From contig OZ025656.1 of NCBI GenBank assembly GCA_964019335.1, positions 248,001 to 312,000 on the forward strand: a stretch of DNA of 64,000 nucleotides. The letters run 5' to 3'. Below, piece by piece: positions 1-13,300 of the stretch. The position numbers and the translations under genes were made by a program. Position 1 is the stretch's first letter, and every line of letters begins with the position of its first letter. This DNA comes from Diplonema japonicum (taxonomy: Eukaryota > Protista > Euglenozoa: Diplonemea). The notes under the pieces were generated by a model that saw only the letters and a list, made by a program, of their open reading frames with translations, made no database searches and was not told the DNA's origin.

Positions 1-1109
1 CCGTCGTTGGCGAGCTCCCGACCATCGTCTTGATCTACTTCACATGCCCTGTCTACTTCAGCTTTCGCTTCAACACATTCATTGCATCGTTCTTATGCAC
101 CTCGATGCTTCTTCTTCACATTCCTGCTCTTATTGCATGCTACTTGTTCTACAAGTACGCCCTTTGGGGACCCGTTCCCAAGGAGAAGCGCGAGAAGATG
201 CTGCGAATCTCCATCCCTGTGAGGGTGATGATGCTGTTTATTATTTCCGGATTTTTCGCAGTCTTCATGATTTCGTTCACTGAATACATTGTATGGGGGG
301 GGAAAAAAAAAGAAGAAAAGAAAAAAAAATCACAGCCGTGGCTTGGTTGCTGGATCCTTACCCCTTCACTGGCTATGTGGGCTGTGGATCTCGTTTTGTG
401 CGTGGGCTCAAAAACGGGTATGAAAGGGGGGACACAAAAAAAAAAAAAAACTCTCACAGAAAAGAAGTTCAACGGTCCAGGAGGGTCGCCCCGTATGGTG
501 ACGAAAACGATTCACAAAAGACCTGAATGGTTGCCGTTCTGGGTCTCTTTGACTGATCTCATGGACGCTGCCTCGGATTTCATCCACGGGCTGGACAATG
601 ATCCAGAAGTGGTGGTGGAGAGCACCCGTACTGCGGAGTACGAGTACCGTTACAGAAAGTGCGATTTGGAAGAAGAGCGGACCAAAGCGGAACAGCTGAA
701 GCAAGACAAGATTGACAAAAAGGACAAGGAAGCGAAGGACAGACATGAAAAGGAAACATTGAGAAGAGAAAAGGCCGATCTGATCCAGAAGAGTGTCAAG
801 AAATCGACGATTGAAGCTGTATCGCAGAATTCAGCTGCCAAAAAGGAGCCGGAAAAGAAGGTTAAGCCGGCCCCGAAGCCTGCTGCTGCTAAGAAGGGAG
901 AAGTGCCCAACGTCACTTCCACTGGGTCGGCGGCGTGGACAACCGACCAACAAAGAGAGTTCGAGAAGGCACTTCGCAAGGCCCCTTCTGGCACCCGTGA
1001 CCGCTGGGAGACCATCGCGTCGCAGGTCGAAGGGAAAACCTCTAAAGAATGTGCTGACCGCTTCAAGGAACTCTCGTCTTTACGTACAACCCTCCGCACT
1101 GCTAAGTAA
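1..1109 (+). CDS. 5'-truncated multi-TM protein with C-terminal SANT/Myb domain (DNAJC1/DNAJC2-type SANT); probable introns 291-335 and 418-459
   Basis: Frame is open from position 3. Hydrophobic N-terminal segments; C-terminal WTTDQQREFEKALRKAPSGTRDRWETIASQVEGKTSKECADRFKEL is a SANT motif. Two in-frame GTATG...CACAG A-rich segments (45 and 42 nt) give the spurious poly-K stretches in the ORF track. Confidence 0.7.
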   Translation, partial: VVGELPTIVLIYFTCPVYFSFRFNTFIASFLCTSMLLLHIPALIACYLFYKYALWGPVPKEKREKMLRISIPVRVMMLFIISGFFAVFMISFTEYIVWGGKKKEEKKKKSQPWLGCWILTPSLAMWAVDLVLCVGSKTGMKGGTQKKKKTLTEKKFNGPGGSPRMVTKTIHKRPEWLPFWVSLTDLMDAASDFIHGLDNDPEVVVESTRTAEYEYRYRKCDLEEERTKAEQLKQDKIDKKDKEAKDRHEKETLRREKADLIQKSVKKSTIEAVSQNSAAKKEPEKKVKPAPKPAAAKKGEVPNVTSTGSAAWTTDQQREFEKALRKAPSGTRDRWETIASQVEGKTSKECADRFKELSSLRTTLRTAK

Positions 1110-1371
1110 GAATGAAGAAATAGTGCGGGGGGGGGGGGGGGGGGGCGGTGGTGCATATAACACCTTTGATCAAATTATTGCTATTATTGTTGCGTTCCCT
1201 TTTTTTTTGTACACAAACCTATAACAGGAAGGGAGGAGGTGAAATACACAAAAAAAAAAAAGAAAGGAAATACTATAAAAAGAAGAAGAAAAAAAGAGGT
1301 TATAAAAAAAAAAAATACAACGAGAAAACACACAAAAGAAGAAGAAAAGAAAACCCCGTAAACCATTATAC

Positions 1372-4300
1372 ATGGATGGCGAGGGGGCTGTCCCATCGCC
1401 ATTTGGGATTGTAGAGGAACTATGCAAGAAGGGCGTGGACAGGGATGGGCTGGGGAGTGTGTTCGTGGAGTTGATAACGACAGTGAGGGGGTGGTGTAGT
1501 GATGATGCGGGGTCGGAGCACAAAGATGTTTTATGCCACATGGGTCAATTGTTCGAAAGCGTTGAGAAAGTGAAATTCGTGCCTGCAGAAATGTGCGGCC
1601 TGGCTGCAGTGTGCTCGGTGCTTGCTCTCAAGTCACTGTTGAAAGCGGAAAACGCAGAACAAGCCCAACCGGCTCTGTACTGTCTCGTTTCCATCTTCAA
1701 AAAGGGCACAGGTGGGGTATTGCGATCTAAAACGATGCCTGGCAACGCCCCCACAGCCTCGCAAGGCCACCCAGTTACTCCTACTAACAAGCTTGTCCGG
1801 TGTGGTGCTATACAAAAAGCAGCTCTTGGGTCAATATCAAAGTTCCTCAGTGGTTCTATGACCAGCTTCTTCACCTCCCAGACTACTAAATGGGCCGCAC
1901 AAGACCCAGCCTCCACAGCTTCCATTCTACGCATCTCTGGTCTTCTTCTGGACGACCCCGAGCCTGTCCTCAGTGCGCTCCTCGCAGCCATACAGACACC
2001 TATGAAGCGTTCTAGAGAATTGCTTGGGTCGTCCTTGGCCCTCGCGATGGGCACTACCCCCAGCCCCAGCGGTTTAAGACAGGTGCAACAAGTTGCCTAC
2101 GCATGGGCGACAGTATGTTTTACAGAGGAGACATCGCGTGAGCTGGTGCAGGAACTGTCCCTTTCAGTAGAGGTGCTCACAGCATGGATATTGGGGAGGG
2201 ATGAAAGTACTTCCATTGCATTGTCGATGATGGCCGCAACACTGGGCCTCAACAAACCGGAAGAAGCATCGGGGCCTAAGCGAGAATGGCAAAACGTGGT
2301 CGAGGAAGCACTGAACCACCCAAACCTAGCACCTCTTTCCCTTGCGCCGAACCCCGTTCGGACTGCCTTTCCGGAGGGCGACAGATGCTTATCGCAAGCA
2401 GATATTATGAATCTTGTCAGCAAAGTGTTTGACGTGACGATAGACCTTCTGAGTGATGCAAGCGACAATGTCCACCCCATAAACCTCAACCTGCTATGTG
2501 TGTCTGCTGTGGTTCAGGTCTACGGTAGCACCTTTGCGACGTCTCAACTACAACAGCTCCTTCAAGTAATCAGCCTGGCACAAAACTGCGGCAAGTCCGT
2601 CACCAGTACCATCTCTCAGCTGCTGGAAAGCCTTCTCTCCGACCTTATGCTCCTCCCGCCCCTAAGTGAGACACTTCCTCTTATCACCAACAGCTACCTT
2701 CTCAAAAATGGGACACTGCAAAAAGCAACCCCCTGGCCACTCCTCCACTTGGTCTCTGTTATCATAGCGAGAGAAGACATGTCCTCCAATGTCGAGATTC
2801 TTTTGAAGAGCGTATGGGATGGGTTCTGCAAAGCGCTCAGCACGCAGGACACTCAAACTTTCGCATCCGCGGTGATGAGCTTCCTGAGCGTGGTGTGTGA
2901 GAAGCTGCAAGACGAGATGCTGGAACCTTTCTGTGACACACTCTTAGATTCTATAAAAGAGGGTATCTCGAAGGGACTGTCGAACTTTGGAGTGTGGGGA
3001 CAGGCAATCCGGTTGCTGCACATTCAAGTACTGTCCAGCACCACCCCGGACTATGTGAAAGAAAGGAGAAGGAAGATGTTAACGCACTGCACTTTCCAGT
3101 CCGACGCACCTGTCGCGTACCCGGCACTCTTATCGCCGTTGAGAACGTCCGCTGTGAGACTTGCACTGGCGGCTGTGACCGGTAACAAGGAGGCGCCTGT
3201 TGAGGAGCAACTCAGCATCGTGCCCTCCGACGACTATGACAACTCGACCCCCCACCCCATAGACGAGAAACTCTTGACTCCGAAATTTAAGGAAGTGCTG
3301 GCACTGACTTTGCATTACTGTAGAATAAACTGCAGGCCCAGCGTCTTGGGCTCTTTCGACAGGCAGGGCTTGTTCGACCTGCTGCAAGCTGCCGCCCACT
3401 TGCTGTGGGGCAGCACCCCCTGCTTCGTGTCGACGGTTGATGCAGCCACCTGCACCGCACCGGATCTGCACTGCTATTTGCTGCGTTGCATGTTCGACAA
3501 CATGCAGCTGCCAGATCTTGACACCATCCTGTACATTCTAAACAGGGTCACTTGCTGTGAATCCTTCGAATGGATGTCGGGGATTGAAGATATGCACCTG
3601 GTCACGCTGCTGCTGCAGAAGTGGCTCGACAAGCAAGAGAGCGTCACAGACGAGGAATGTGCTGCCATTACGAAGGCGATGACACCTGTGGCGGAGAAAC
3701 TGAGCAGTGCGCACAAGTGGACGGTGAAGGATATCCTGTGCTTCCTGAAGCCTGAGTCAGAGACTGCGAACTTGATCGTTGCGTGTGTAGAGGGAGGGCA
3801 CACCGTGACATCAGCAGTCATAAGATTGCTGATACAGCACAACGGGAACATTGAGATGGACGTGGATCAGTCAGACGTGATGGACGTGGTGGGTGGGTCT
3901 CCTAACAGCAGGAAATTTGCCGCCCTTGCCACGGCACGCACCAGCGTCGAACAGCTCCTTGTTTCCGACTGGCACCCTAAGCTCTCCGCTGCCGTCGACA
4001 AGCTCAGCACTAACAGTCCTCTGCCACTCAAAACCTTCCTCAAGCACGCTGCCTCACGCCTTGTTTGCAAACCGTGTCAAAGTGCTACCTTGTACATGGC
4101 TGCCAACACTGCTCAGGTGTTGTTCCCTATTCTCACGCGATGCCTGAAACCAGCCCCTGCTGTCAAAAACTTCAGCCTGCTACAAAGCATGCTAACTATT
4201 GCATGCACTACTCCATACTCTTTCCTGCCTCTAAAGTCGGAGATGATGTCTGACGCAGCACTAAATACAGCAGCCATGCTGCTGCCCCCTAACCTCCCAG

Positions 4301-7300
4301 CTGTGCGTGTCGTGTGTTCTTCTTGGAGGCTTCAGAAGACGAAACAAGCATTGGAGCTGATAGTAGGAGGACCGGAGCCCATCCCGGTTTTAGAAGGGAC
4401 TCTGAGCGACATCGCCAAATGGCTCCTCTCGGCACCTATGAACACAGTAAATACCGTTGCAGAACTGGTGGCTATCGTAGCGTTGGGGGAAGGGCCGAAA
4501 TTTAGCTGCTTGCAATATTTGGTCCTGTCGTCTGACCAGAGCCACAAGATGCTGCGCTCCAATTTGGTTCCGAAGTGCACCACGTACACTGACATCGTTA
4601 AGTGTTGTGTGAAGTTGCTACCCCAGGCTGGTCCGACAACTCTCGGGAATCAACTGCTCCTATTTGCAATCGCTGGCCTTGAATATCCAGCCGCGGTAGA
4701 AGCACAAAGGGCTGTGCTGAGAGACATCCTGACCAATGATACCCAGAAGCTGCAAGCACTTGTGACAGGCAAAGCGAATACTGAAGAACCTTGCAACTCA
4801 GATTTAGGGTACACACCCAGTCTGTGTAAGAGATGGCTGTGTTCCGTTATTGCAGGAGACGCAGAGCTTAAGCAGCGGTGTAGAGACTGTTTGATGGATG
4901 GTTTGCCTGCATGCCTGCAATCTAATGGTTTTGCATACCTCTCTGCCTGTGCTGAGGTGTGCGCTGGTGGTGATGAAGTGACTCTCATGTCTGCTGTGGT
5001 GAAGGCCTTCAAACACTGCATGCAAATCGAGTCCAGCAAGGAGGACGCTACGTACGCATCTCTGTTGCCTGTTTTGGAGTTCATCAAGGCAGCCCTCTCT
5101 GTTGTGGTACGAGTCGATAGCAAGGGATGGTTCTCGCAACCTGCCGCGGCACTTGCAGAGGTTTTGTCGTGCCTTAAATTCTGCCACAGGGCCCTGCGAT
5201 CTAACACGGGGTCCACAAGGTCTTCGGGGCTAAGATCTTTAGCAGCAGCTGCACTGGAACACAAATATGAGAGTGATTTTGGCTGCTCTTTCTCGAGAAC
5301 GAAAGAGGAGTATATTATGATGCACTGGTACCTGTGCTACAGTACCTATCCTGGTGAGCGCAAGGGTGCATGCAGCTGGTGTGCTGAGTACTGTCACAAG
5401 AGGAGAGGCTACGACGTAGAGTATGCAGGATGCATCCCTGCCTATTGTGACACGAAGGGCAACCCTCCACTACCAGCAGGGTGTTCGCAGTCACCGGACG
5501 TGAAGGGTGTTCTGCCCCATGAGGCATCAGATCCTTTCGTTCAGGCTCTCTTCCACCCTGCTCCGTATGACACGGCAGAGCAGGTCAGCCTACCTAGTGA
5601 CTTCAACCTGCAGCTCAACGATATAGCTCCGTTTTCAGAGCTGCTTGACTTGTTGCAGTCCTGCGTGACTGCATGCCTTCCTGTCACTAGCAGCATTTTG
5701 CAGAGCTCCTTTGACGAGAGCGGTGGTCCGCAAGGTTCTACCTGTGTGTTGTCCAACTCTGAGTGGCGCACGCATGTTGCGTCCAGATACCTGGTGATGA
5801 CAGAGAACGTTACAGCACTAGAAGGCACAGTCGATGGCAGACTGGAGTACGATTCAATGCCTCATTATGAGATCAATTTGCTGCAATCCAGGGTGTTGAC
5901 GAGGCATGTTGCTACGGCCAGTCTGTGTGGTTGGGTGGCGTTGGTCGACAAGAGTCAAAGCGTCTTAATAGTCGATGAGAGTGCTTCGTTTCCCGTGAGC
6001 ACTATTTCTCCGGCGAGGAGGGGCGATGCAAAACCCGAGCTCAATGTGTTGGCAAGGAATACGTTGCGCTTCAAGGTCATCGGCATGACAGTGAACCCGC
6101 TGAACGGGATGTACCTAGCAGCCTACGGCGTTCACAATGTGCACGTGTTCGTTGTGTCGGGTGGGTCGGTGGTTTCACAGATTGCACCGCAGCTCGCACT
6201 TTCAATGCTGTCTGGTAGCACGCACGTTATCCATTGTGGTTGGCTTCCGGGATCACACACACATTTGGCGGTGGTGACGACCAAGTTTGTGAAAGTGTTC
6301 GATCTGTCTGCAGACATCTACTGTCCTGTGAACAACTACATGCTCCTGGAGGGCGAGTTCGCGGGTGCTGCCTTCGGCCAGAATTCAGAGGGAGTCACAA
6401 TGTTCGGCATTACAAAGGCAGGACAGTTGTACTCGCAGGTCGTGACTGAAGGCGACTCAGTAGACGGCCCGTTCTACTTGACGAACGTCGTTGATGTGCA
6501 AGCCAAGTCAAAGGGCGATAGCGGCTGCAGTATCCACTACAGCATCGCGCAGCATATATTGTGTGTAGCATACTCCAATGGCAAGGCCTTCCTTGCGAGA
6601 TGGGACTTCTCGAAGGCAAGCCTTGAAGACATTGTGAACCTCCCCTCGTCCTGTCCTGATCGCTCTCTGTGGTCTATCAACAGGTGGGAAGAGTGCATCG
6701 ACGCACCAGGGGTTTTCGCCTGCATACTCAACGACGGTGCCAACGTGGGTGTCATCTCCCTCGACAAGAACAAGCTGCTTGCCGCTGTGGAAGTGCATGA
6801 CCTCTACGGTAGCAGTGGTACACACGCTGAAGGGATTGCTTTAGTGCGCCACCGCCCACCCGCAAACCCGTCTTCTTCAGCACCTAGAACTCGTCCCTCT
6901 TCGTCTTCGGAAGCACTTAATCTCCTGGTGTCGCTGGAGAGCGGGACAGTGTGCTCATACCCGCTTGACCCTAGCAAACTTGTATCTACTCAGCAAACAG
7001 GTCTGCATTCCGATGAGCTGTTAAATGACATTGAAAAGCAGAAATCTGCTATTCTCACTGCAAGACCGATACCTCGCACGAAGAGCAGGCGTCCTGGCGG
7101 CAAAACTTCAAGCAGAAGTGATGCTGACAGGGATAGAGAGAGGGAAAAAACAGAGGACGACGCAGAACAGCACGCAGACAGCCCGTACGAAGCATTGCTT
7201 CTCGGGCGGCCCCTGTCGCGGGGTGCGCCTTTCGACGCTATCCCTTATAACACCTTGCGTGCCATGAGCTCATTTGATGCAAAGTGGGGTGGGCTCAACT

Positions 7301-10300
7301 CCAGGAGCGACGTGCCGTCAACGGTGGCACTAAATGTGTGGGAGGATCTAATGCCGCTGGGTCGGACAGCGTGGTCTATCACGAGGGGTGTGGGTGTTGC
7401 TGCTGAAGACAAAGACAAGCTGGCTGATGGTTCAGACCTAACAACCGTCACTGTTATCCCTCCGCGTGCGCTTTCGAGGGGTCCCAGTGTTGATGGTGGT
7501 GGGTCGCCGCCTCTAACGGGACTCAACACTCCAGGCATCTCACCTTGCAACTCGCCCCCCTTGTCACCTCTCTCTCAGAGATCCACATCACCTCCTACCA
7601 TGGGTCTGTCTCCTATGACCAGGCCCTTGGGGGACAGAGCACCCCCTCCTGGCATGGGATTGGGTATCGGCGATGCCAGACCCGCTGCAAGGTTCGTGCT
7701 ACAAGCGTCTGGCGAAGCCGTTATCTGCGGGGTGAGGCTGCGATTGTCTTGCGGCAAAGAAATCCTCCCAGGAAGGTCTCCTGGTGAGTGCTCTCTCCTG
7801 ACAACAGAAGAGCAGCTTGTTGTCATTAGAGTGGCTTCTCAAACACGCTCCCTGCCAAGCGACACAAACACCCGTTGGCTTGGCTTCGTGTTGTCGCACC
7901 GTGAGGCAATGAAGACCACCAAACAAGGTGTCGAGGTGAGCATCGTGACGAATGGACCAGAAGTGGTTTTGAAGCAGATCGAGCTCTTTACTTGTGTGTC
8001 TGCTGCGAACAAGACAAGAGCTGACGAGGGTCGGGCGTCACCTGACTTGCAGGAGAAGGACGTGATAGACGCTCGTGAGAGGATAAACAGGCTGCAAGAG
8101 CCTGTCTCACCCCTCACATCCGCGTCATCAACATTGGATGCCATTCTTCAGAACCTCGTGAGTGGCAGAGCAGGAGCGCTGTCAACGCTCGCAAGAAAAA
8201 AAGCAGAAGAAGCAAAAGCCCAGTCACAGCCATCACAGCGGCAGCCGCAACAAGTGACACAACCTGCGCCGCTTCCTCCCAAAGAAGAGCCTCTCGCCAA
8301 ACTTGCGCCTGTGCATACTGTGCTGCAGACAACACTCGGCTGTCTGAGACTAGCATTAGCTGCTTCTGAAAATGCCTCTCTGAACGAAGAAACGTGTGTT
8401 GCATTGTGGCAATCCACCCTTGCTGCAGCGAAGTGGGGAGCGAAAGGCCTCACAGCAGGGACTGCTTCCACACGGAGTATTGCTGCCCTTCATGCACTGT
8501 TCGCCAGTGCACGTCACAAGATATCAACGTTCAGGTCGCAACGCGCCACCACGCTGCTGCGGATAGCGTGCACTACAGAGATAGTTGACAGCAACAGGAT
8601 GCATGTTGTTTTGGCCACTGCTGCTGCAACGCTCGATTTCCGCAATGAAGTGGCTGAGGTGCTGAGTAGCAATAAGGATTTATTGGAAACGTTCAGGAAG
8701 TTGATTGACTCTTCGCTGGCTATTTTCTCGGCCGACGGTGGGAGGCTCCCCGTGGGACAGGAGAGTGTCTTGATTGCATTGCAGTTCCTCTCGATGCTTG
8801 ACATGCTCGCGTCTAGGAGGAACAAGGACGCAGCAGGTGAGGCAGCGGCAACGTTAAGATTTTCGTCTTCGCTGACGTCGCCTACACCCGCTGCACGGGC
8901 CAGTGCTTTGTATGTAGCTCGCCAGTTGCTTGCTGACAAGTCGCTCGAAGTAGGTGTCTTCTCGCACCTTCTCAAACATCTCCTCACCCTCAAGACACGC
9001 ATGGACAAGATATCTGGTAGCCAAACTGTTCCGTTCTATAACTGCATGCTGTGCCTTCTGTCAAGGCTCGCTTACCCCATGCATGGCCCCCCTGATCTTG
9101 CAGCGGTTGAAGAGGCTGTTACTGCTCTACTCCCTCAGATAGTTTTGAACACCAGCTGCGACGAGTTCGGCGTCACACCTGCACAGTTCCTGAACATCAA
9201 AACGCTAGCCATGCTAGTGGGTGCGTCTTTCTCACCCCCTTCATTGCAGCTTCAGGATCATTCTGCATCCATGTCTCCTGAGGAGGAGCATAGAGTGGAT
9301 GTCATGAAGCTGGTCGTGAAAGGTCTCGACAAGAAGGCACGGGCGTCGTTGAAGGAGCTGGTCTTCGCTCTCCTCAACAGCAAGAAGCTGTCCGACCCGG
9401 AGTCGTCGTTGCCGACCACATCGAGCGACCAGCTCTTGCCAGCAATGCCACCTGCTTGCGAGCAGGCGCGTGTGTCACGTGACGAAAACACCGAAACGGT
9501 GTCAGCATCCCCTCCGCCAGCACCCTGTGATCTCATAGCTAGGGGTGCTGCTGACTTTTCTTTGACGAACTTCGTACCACTCTTCTCTCAGTCGCTCTCT
9601 TCCCACGGGAGTGCCATGCTGAATGTTTACAGCAGACATACTCTAGTCGCTGCCTTGCAGCTAGTGGCATCTTTGCACTTCGTGGGGCAATTAGAAGACA
9701 TCAACATGTGGAAGAGCACCATCGACCAAGCGCTGCGCAACGACGAATTGAAGTTCTTGGAATCAGATCTCAAGTGCTTGCTCGTGCGATTGTGCAACAA
9801 CTCACAATTGGAGTGCCAAGACTACAGGGACGACATGGGTCTGAAGAAGGAGCACAAGGCATTGGCCGGTGTCGTGAAGAACATGATGCTGCTAGGTTCG
9901 GTGGACTACGTGCTCAGTGCTCACAGCTCTTTCGAAGCAATCACGAACATCGCGATAGGGCAGCCTAAAAACTGGATCTCATTCTGCAAGGAGGAGCCCA
10001 GCATCGTGGAGCTGCTCGTCACCTTGTTGAATCACTGCCTGCCACCTGAGCTTGCGGCACATGCCTTACGCCTTCTGGCGTTCGTTGCCAAGCCTTCAGC
10101 CGAAGTGCAGAACATGAGACGTGTTGTCAACGAGAAGTTCCTTGAGTTTGTGATACGAGAGTATCTCCTGAAGTCCATCACGGAGTCCGTACTGAGTGTG
10201 AAGTGCACCATCAGCGACCCTGTTGCAGATTGCAAAGTCGAAGTAGTCCACCTTCTGAGATGTATTGGTATCGAGAGCAGCAACTGCTCGCAATGGGCAG

Positions 10301-13300
10301 ACAACGCACAGTTAGTCGCTGACACACTGCTGGGTTTGCTGCCCGGCGTTGCGTCACACGGAACGAAGGGTGCGGAAACCCTCATGAAGCTGGCTCAGGA
10401 GTCTCTCAGTGCGCTGAAATCGGACGAAACAACAGGACGCATGGCAGCAATCCTCGCCGCGGCAGTCCGGAAATCCTGCTCCGCGATGCTGCATCACCCA
10501 AGAGGTCCACTGTACCTGTCGGTAGAACGCACTTTGGGGACACCGAAGGGGTGCATCCTTGAAGGGGGTTGGGCACAAGACGGATCCGTACCGCCTGTGA
10601 AGCTTGCGGAGGCCTCGTTGGGAACACTCGGGGCAGACATCAAGTACGCACCAGACACAATATTTGTGAGGCTGGGGTCTGCCATCCAGTTGAAGCGAGT
10701 GATGATGCTCGTGTCTGACTGCAAGCAGTCCAAGGTGCCTAAGGTGGTTGAGGTGTGGCACAGCTCAAACTACTCGCCCGATGCACGTGCTGTGCGGGAC
10801 CCGAGCTTTCAGTGGCACCTACTAGGGCGCATCACTGTGGACACACCGTCATCTATCTGCCGAGCAGCTGTTGAGCTTCCTATCGTTGTCACTGCACACG
10901 CACTTAAACTGCACTTTGCTGAGTTTGATTGTGACCCCAGCGCACAACTGACAGAGACGCTGTCCTGCCCTTCGTGTAACCAAGTGATCACAGACCGTCA
11001 CGGGCAATGTTTGAACTGCGAATACGAGAATGCATACCAGTGCCGTCAGTGCCGTAACATCAACCACGAGCAACTGGATGCATTCCTCTGTAATGAATGC
11101 GGCTGGTGCAGATACGGTAGGGTGGATTTCTCTTTGCTGTGTCGCTCCTCTGCTGCCCCTGATGTGCTGCGGAACGAGACTGATAGGGTGCGTGCGCTTC
11201 AAGTGCTCAGCGACAACAACCATACAGCGCAGCAGCTCGCCATGCAGATAGCAGACCTCCGCACCAACGTCAGTGCACTGACAACGCAGCTCGACCTCAA
11301 CATCCCACCAGCATCGGCACCAACGTCGTCACCACGTCAAACGCGTCCTACAAAAGACAAGCACAGAGACGAGAGAAAGATGCAGCCCACAGAAGAGCCC
11401 GACGGTGTGCACCCTTCAGCTATCGCCTTGTCGTCGCTGTACAACAATTCTGCGAAGGAAATCACAATGCAACTCGCGAGGTGCTTGCGCACCCAGTCGG
11501 AGTTGCGCAGGGCCCTCTTCAACCACGCCAGTGTCGGGAACACAACTAGTGCAGGAGACGAAGATGCACAGCTCAGCCCTTCTTCGAAGCCAGGCAGCCC
11601 GAAAGGGGTTGTGGCGGTTGAGATCCTGCTCCCTACACACTTTGGTTCTTTGCTGCAACTATGCGTGTTGCTTCTGAAGACTTCTAAGAGCTTCATGAGC
11701 ACACCCGCTGTGCAACAGGCTTTCCTCGGCGATAATCTCGTCGAGACCCTGTACATCGCCGCTGTGCAAACACTAGACCCTGTGAAGACTGCTGCGAAGG
11801 ACCTGCTTGTTGTTCTCCAAGAAGGCAATAGGTTGGCCACAGACGAGGTGATGCATCATATCAAGCAGCACGTTCTTTGTGAATTAAACAGGACCGGTCC
11901 CGTTAGTTACAACGCAGCACACTTGCACTCCTCGATGGTGCTGCTGTCGAAGTGTGCATCGTGCAAAGACGGTTTGTGGTTTAAAAGGCTACCGTTGCTG
12001 TTACAGATATTCCTCAAGGCACTGGGACAGGCAAGAGCGTACCCGTGCTTGCTGGAGGCGATAGCACAGGCAGCGTTGACGTTCGCAGGCACTTTGCTAG
12101 TAAGCAATCACACGCAACAAGATTCCGGTGCTATTGCGCTGAATATAAAATATGGCAGAAAATGGCTGATGCACTGGTTACTCGCAAAGAATAAGGAACT
12201 GGCAGAATTAACAAGAAGCCCCCAGTGGTTGACCCGACTGCTCTTTGCGCCTTCTGTGTCGTCAGTTGCTCAGCAGCTGCGAAGGACCACAGAATCGCTG
12301 GCGATGTCCGATTCATCTCTGCATGCAGGCATTCTAAAAACCTTGCTAGAGCATCTCCCGCAAGCCGCGAAAGAGGGCCGCACTGGTGGCTGCTCGGAGA
12401 TCAGCGACGACAGCACAGCGGAAGGCAGTGGGACGGAGGCGTTCTTCGGCCTTCTATCATCGCTGATGACACCTATGTGGGTGCGTATCCTGTTCACAAG
12501 AAGAGGCGTCCTTCCTTTCCTATGCAAGCTGATTCTGAGAGAAGCGTATCATTTATCAGAGCGAGAGACCGACCTGCAGAAGGCAGCAGGAGGGGACGGG
12601 TGTGTGCCAGTTGAGCTGGGTTGGTCGGCAAACAAGCTTGTGGAGTTGCTAGCGGTGTTTATCACGACGAGCAAAGATGGACAGGTTGGGCTGTTCAGCA
12701 AGATCCTTAAGAAAGGCAACGGGGTGGAAATGCTGCTGGATGCGTCGCTAACACTTAAGTCGATAGCCGCCGTGCGCACCAAGCAGATCAGCAGTGCAGA
12801 GACACTGATCAAGGGTGTGCTCGACACACTTGTGACAGAATCGAACGCTGATAAGAGTTCATTCATCACAGCCTCCGTTGCCTATCTCGCAAAGCCACGC
12901 CTCACATGCCAGATGGGCAAGCACATCCTTGAGAAGGTGCTGAATATCGTCGATCCGAAGCCGCCTGAAGAGATCTGTCAGCTGCTCTTTAAGAAGAAGC
13001 CTTCGCAAGAAGATTTCATCCGTGGCCACATGGGGAACTTACCTGTGGCCAGCAACACGGTGGGGAAGACAATGACGGATGTCGCAAACAAGATATGTAG
13101 GGAGCTGGATCTGCAGCTGGACCCCGACTTCGGATTGGAGCTGCTTGTCGACTCGAAAATAATTGACCTCAAGCTGCCAATCCAACTGGTGTACGACCAA
13201 GTGTGGAAGGAGAGCAGCAGCAGTAGCAGCAGCAAAATGAACGCAGGAGGTACGCTGCCAATGCTTGTTGTTTACAGATTACAAGGTTTGGACGGAGAGG

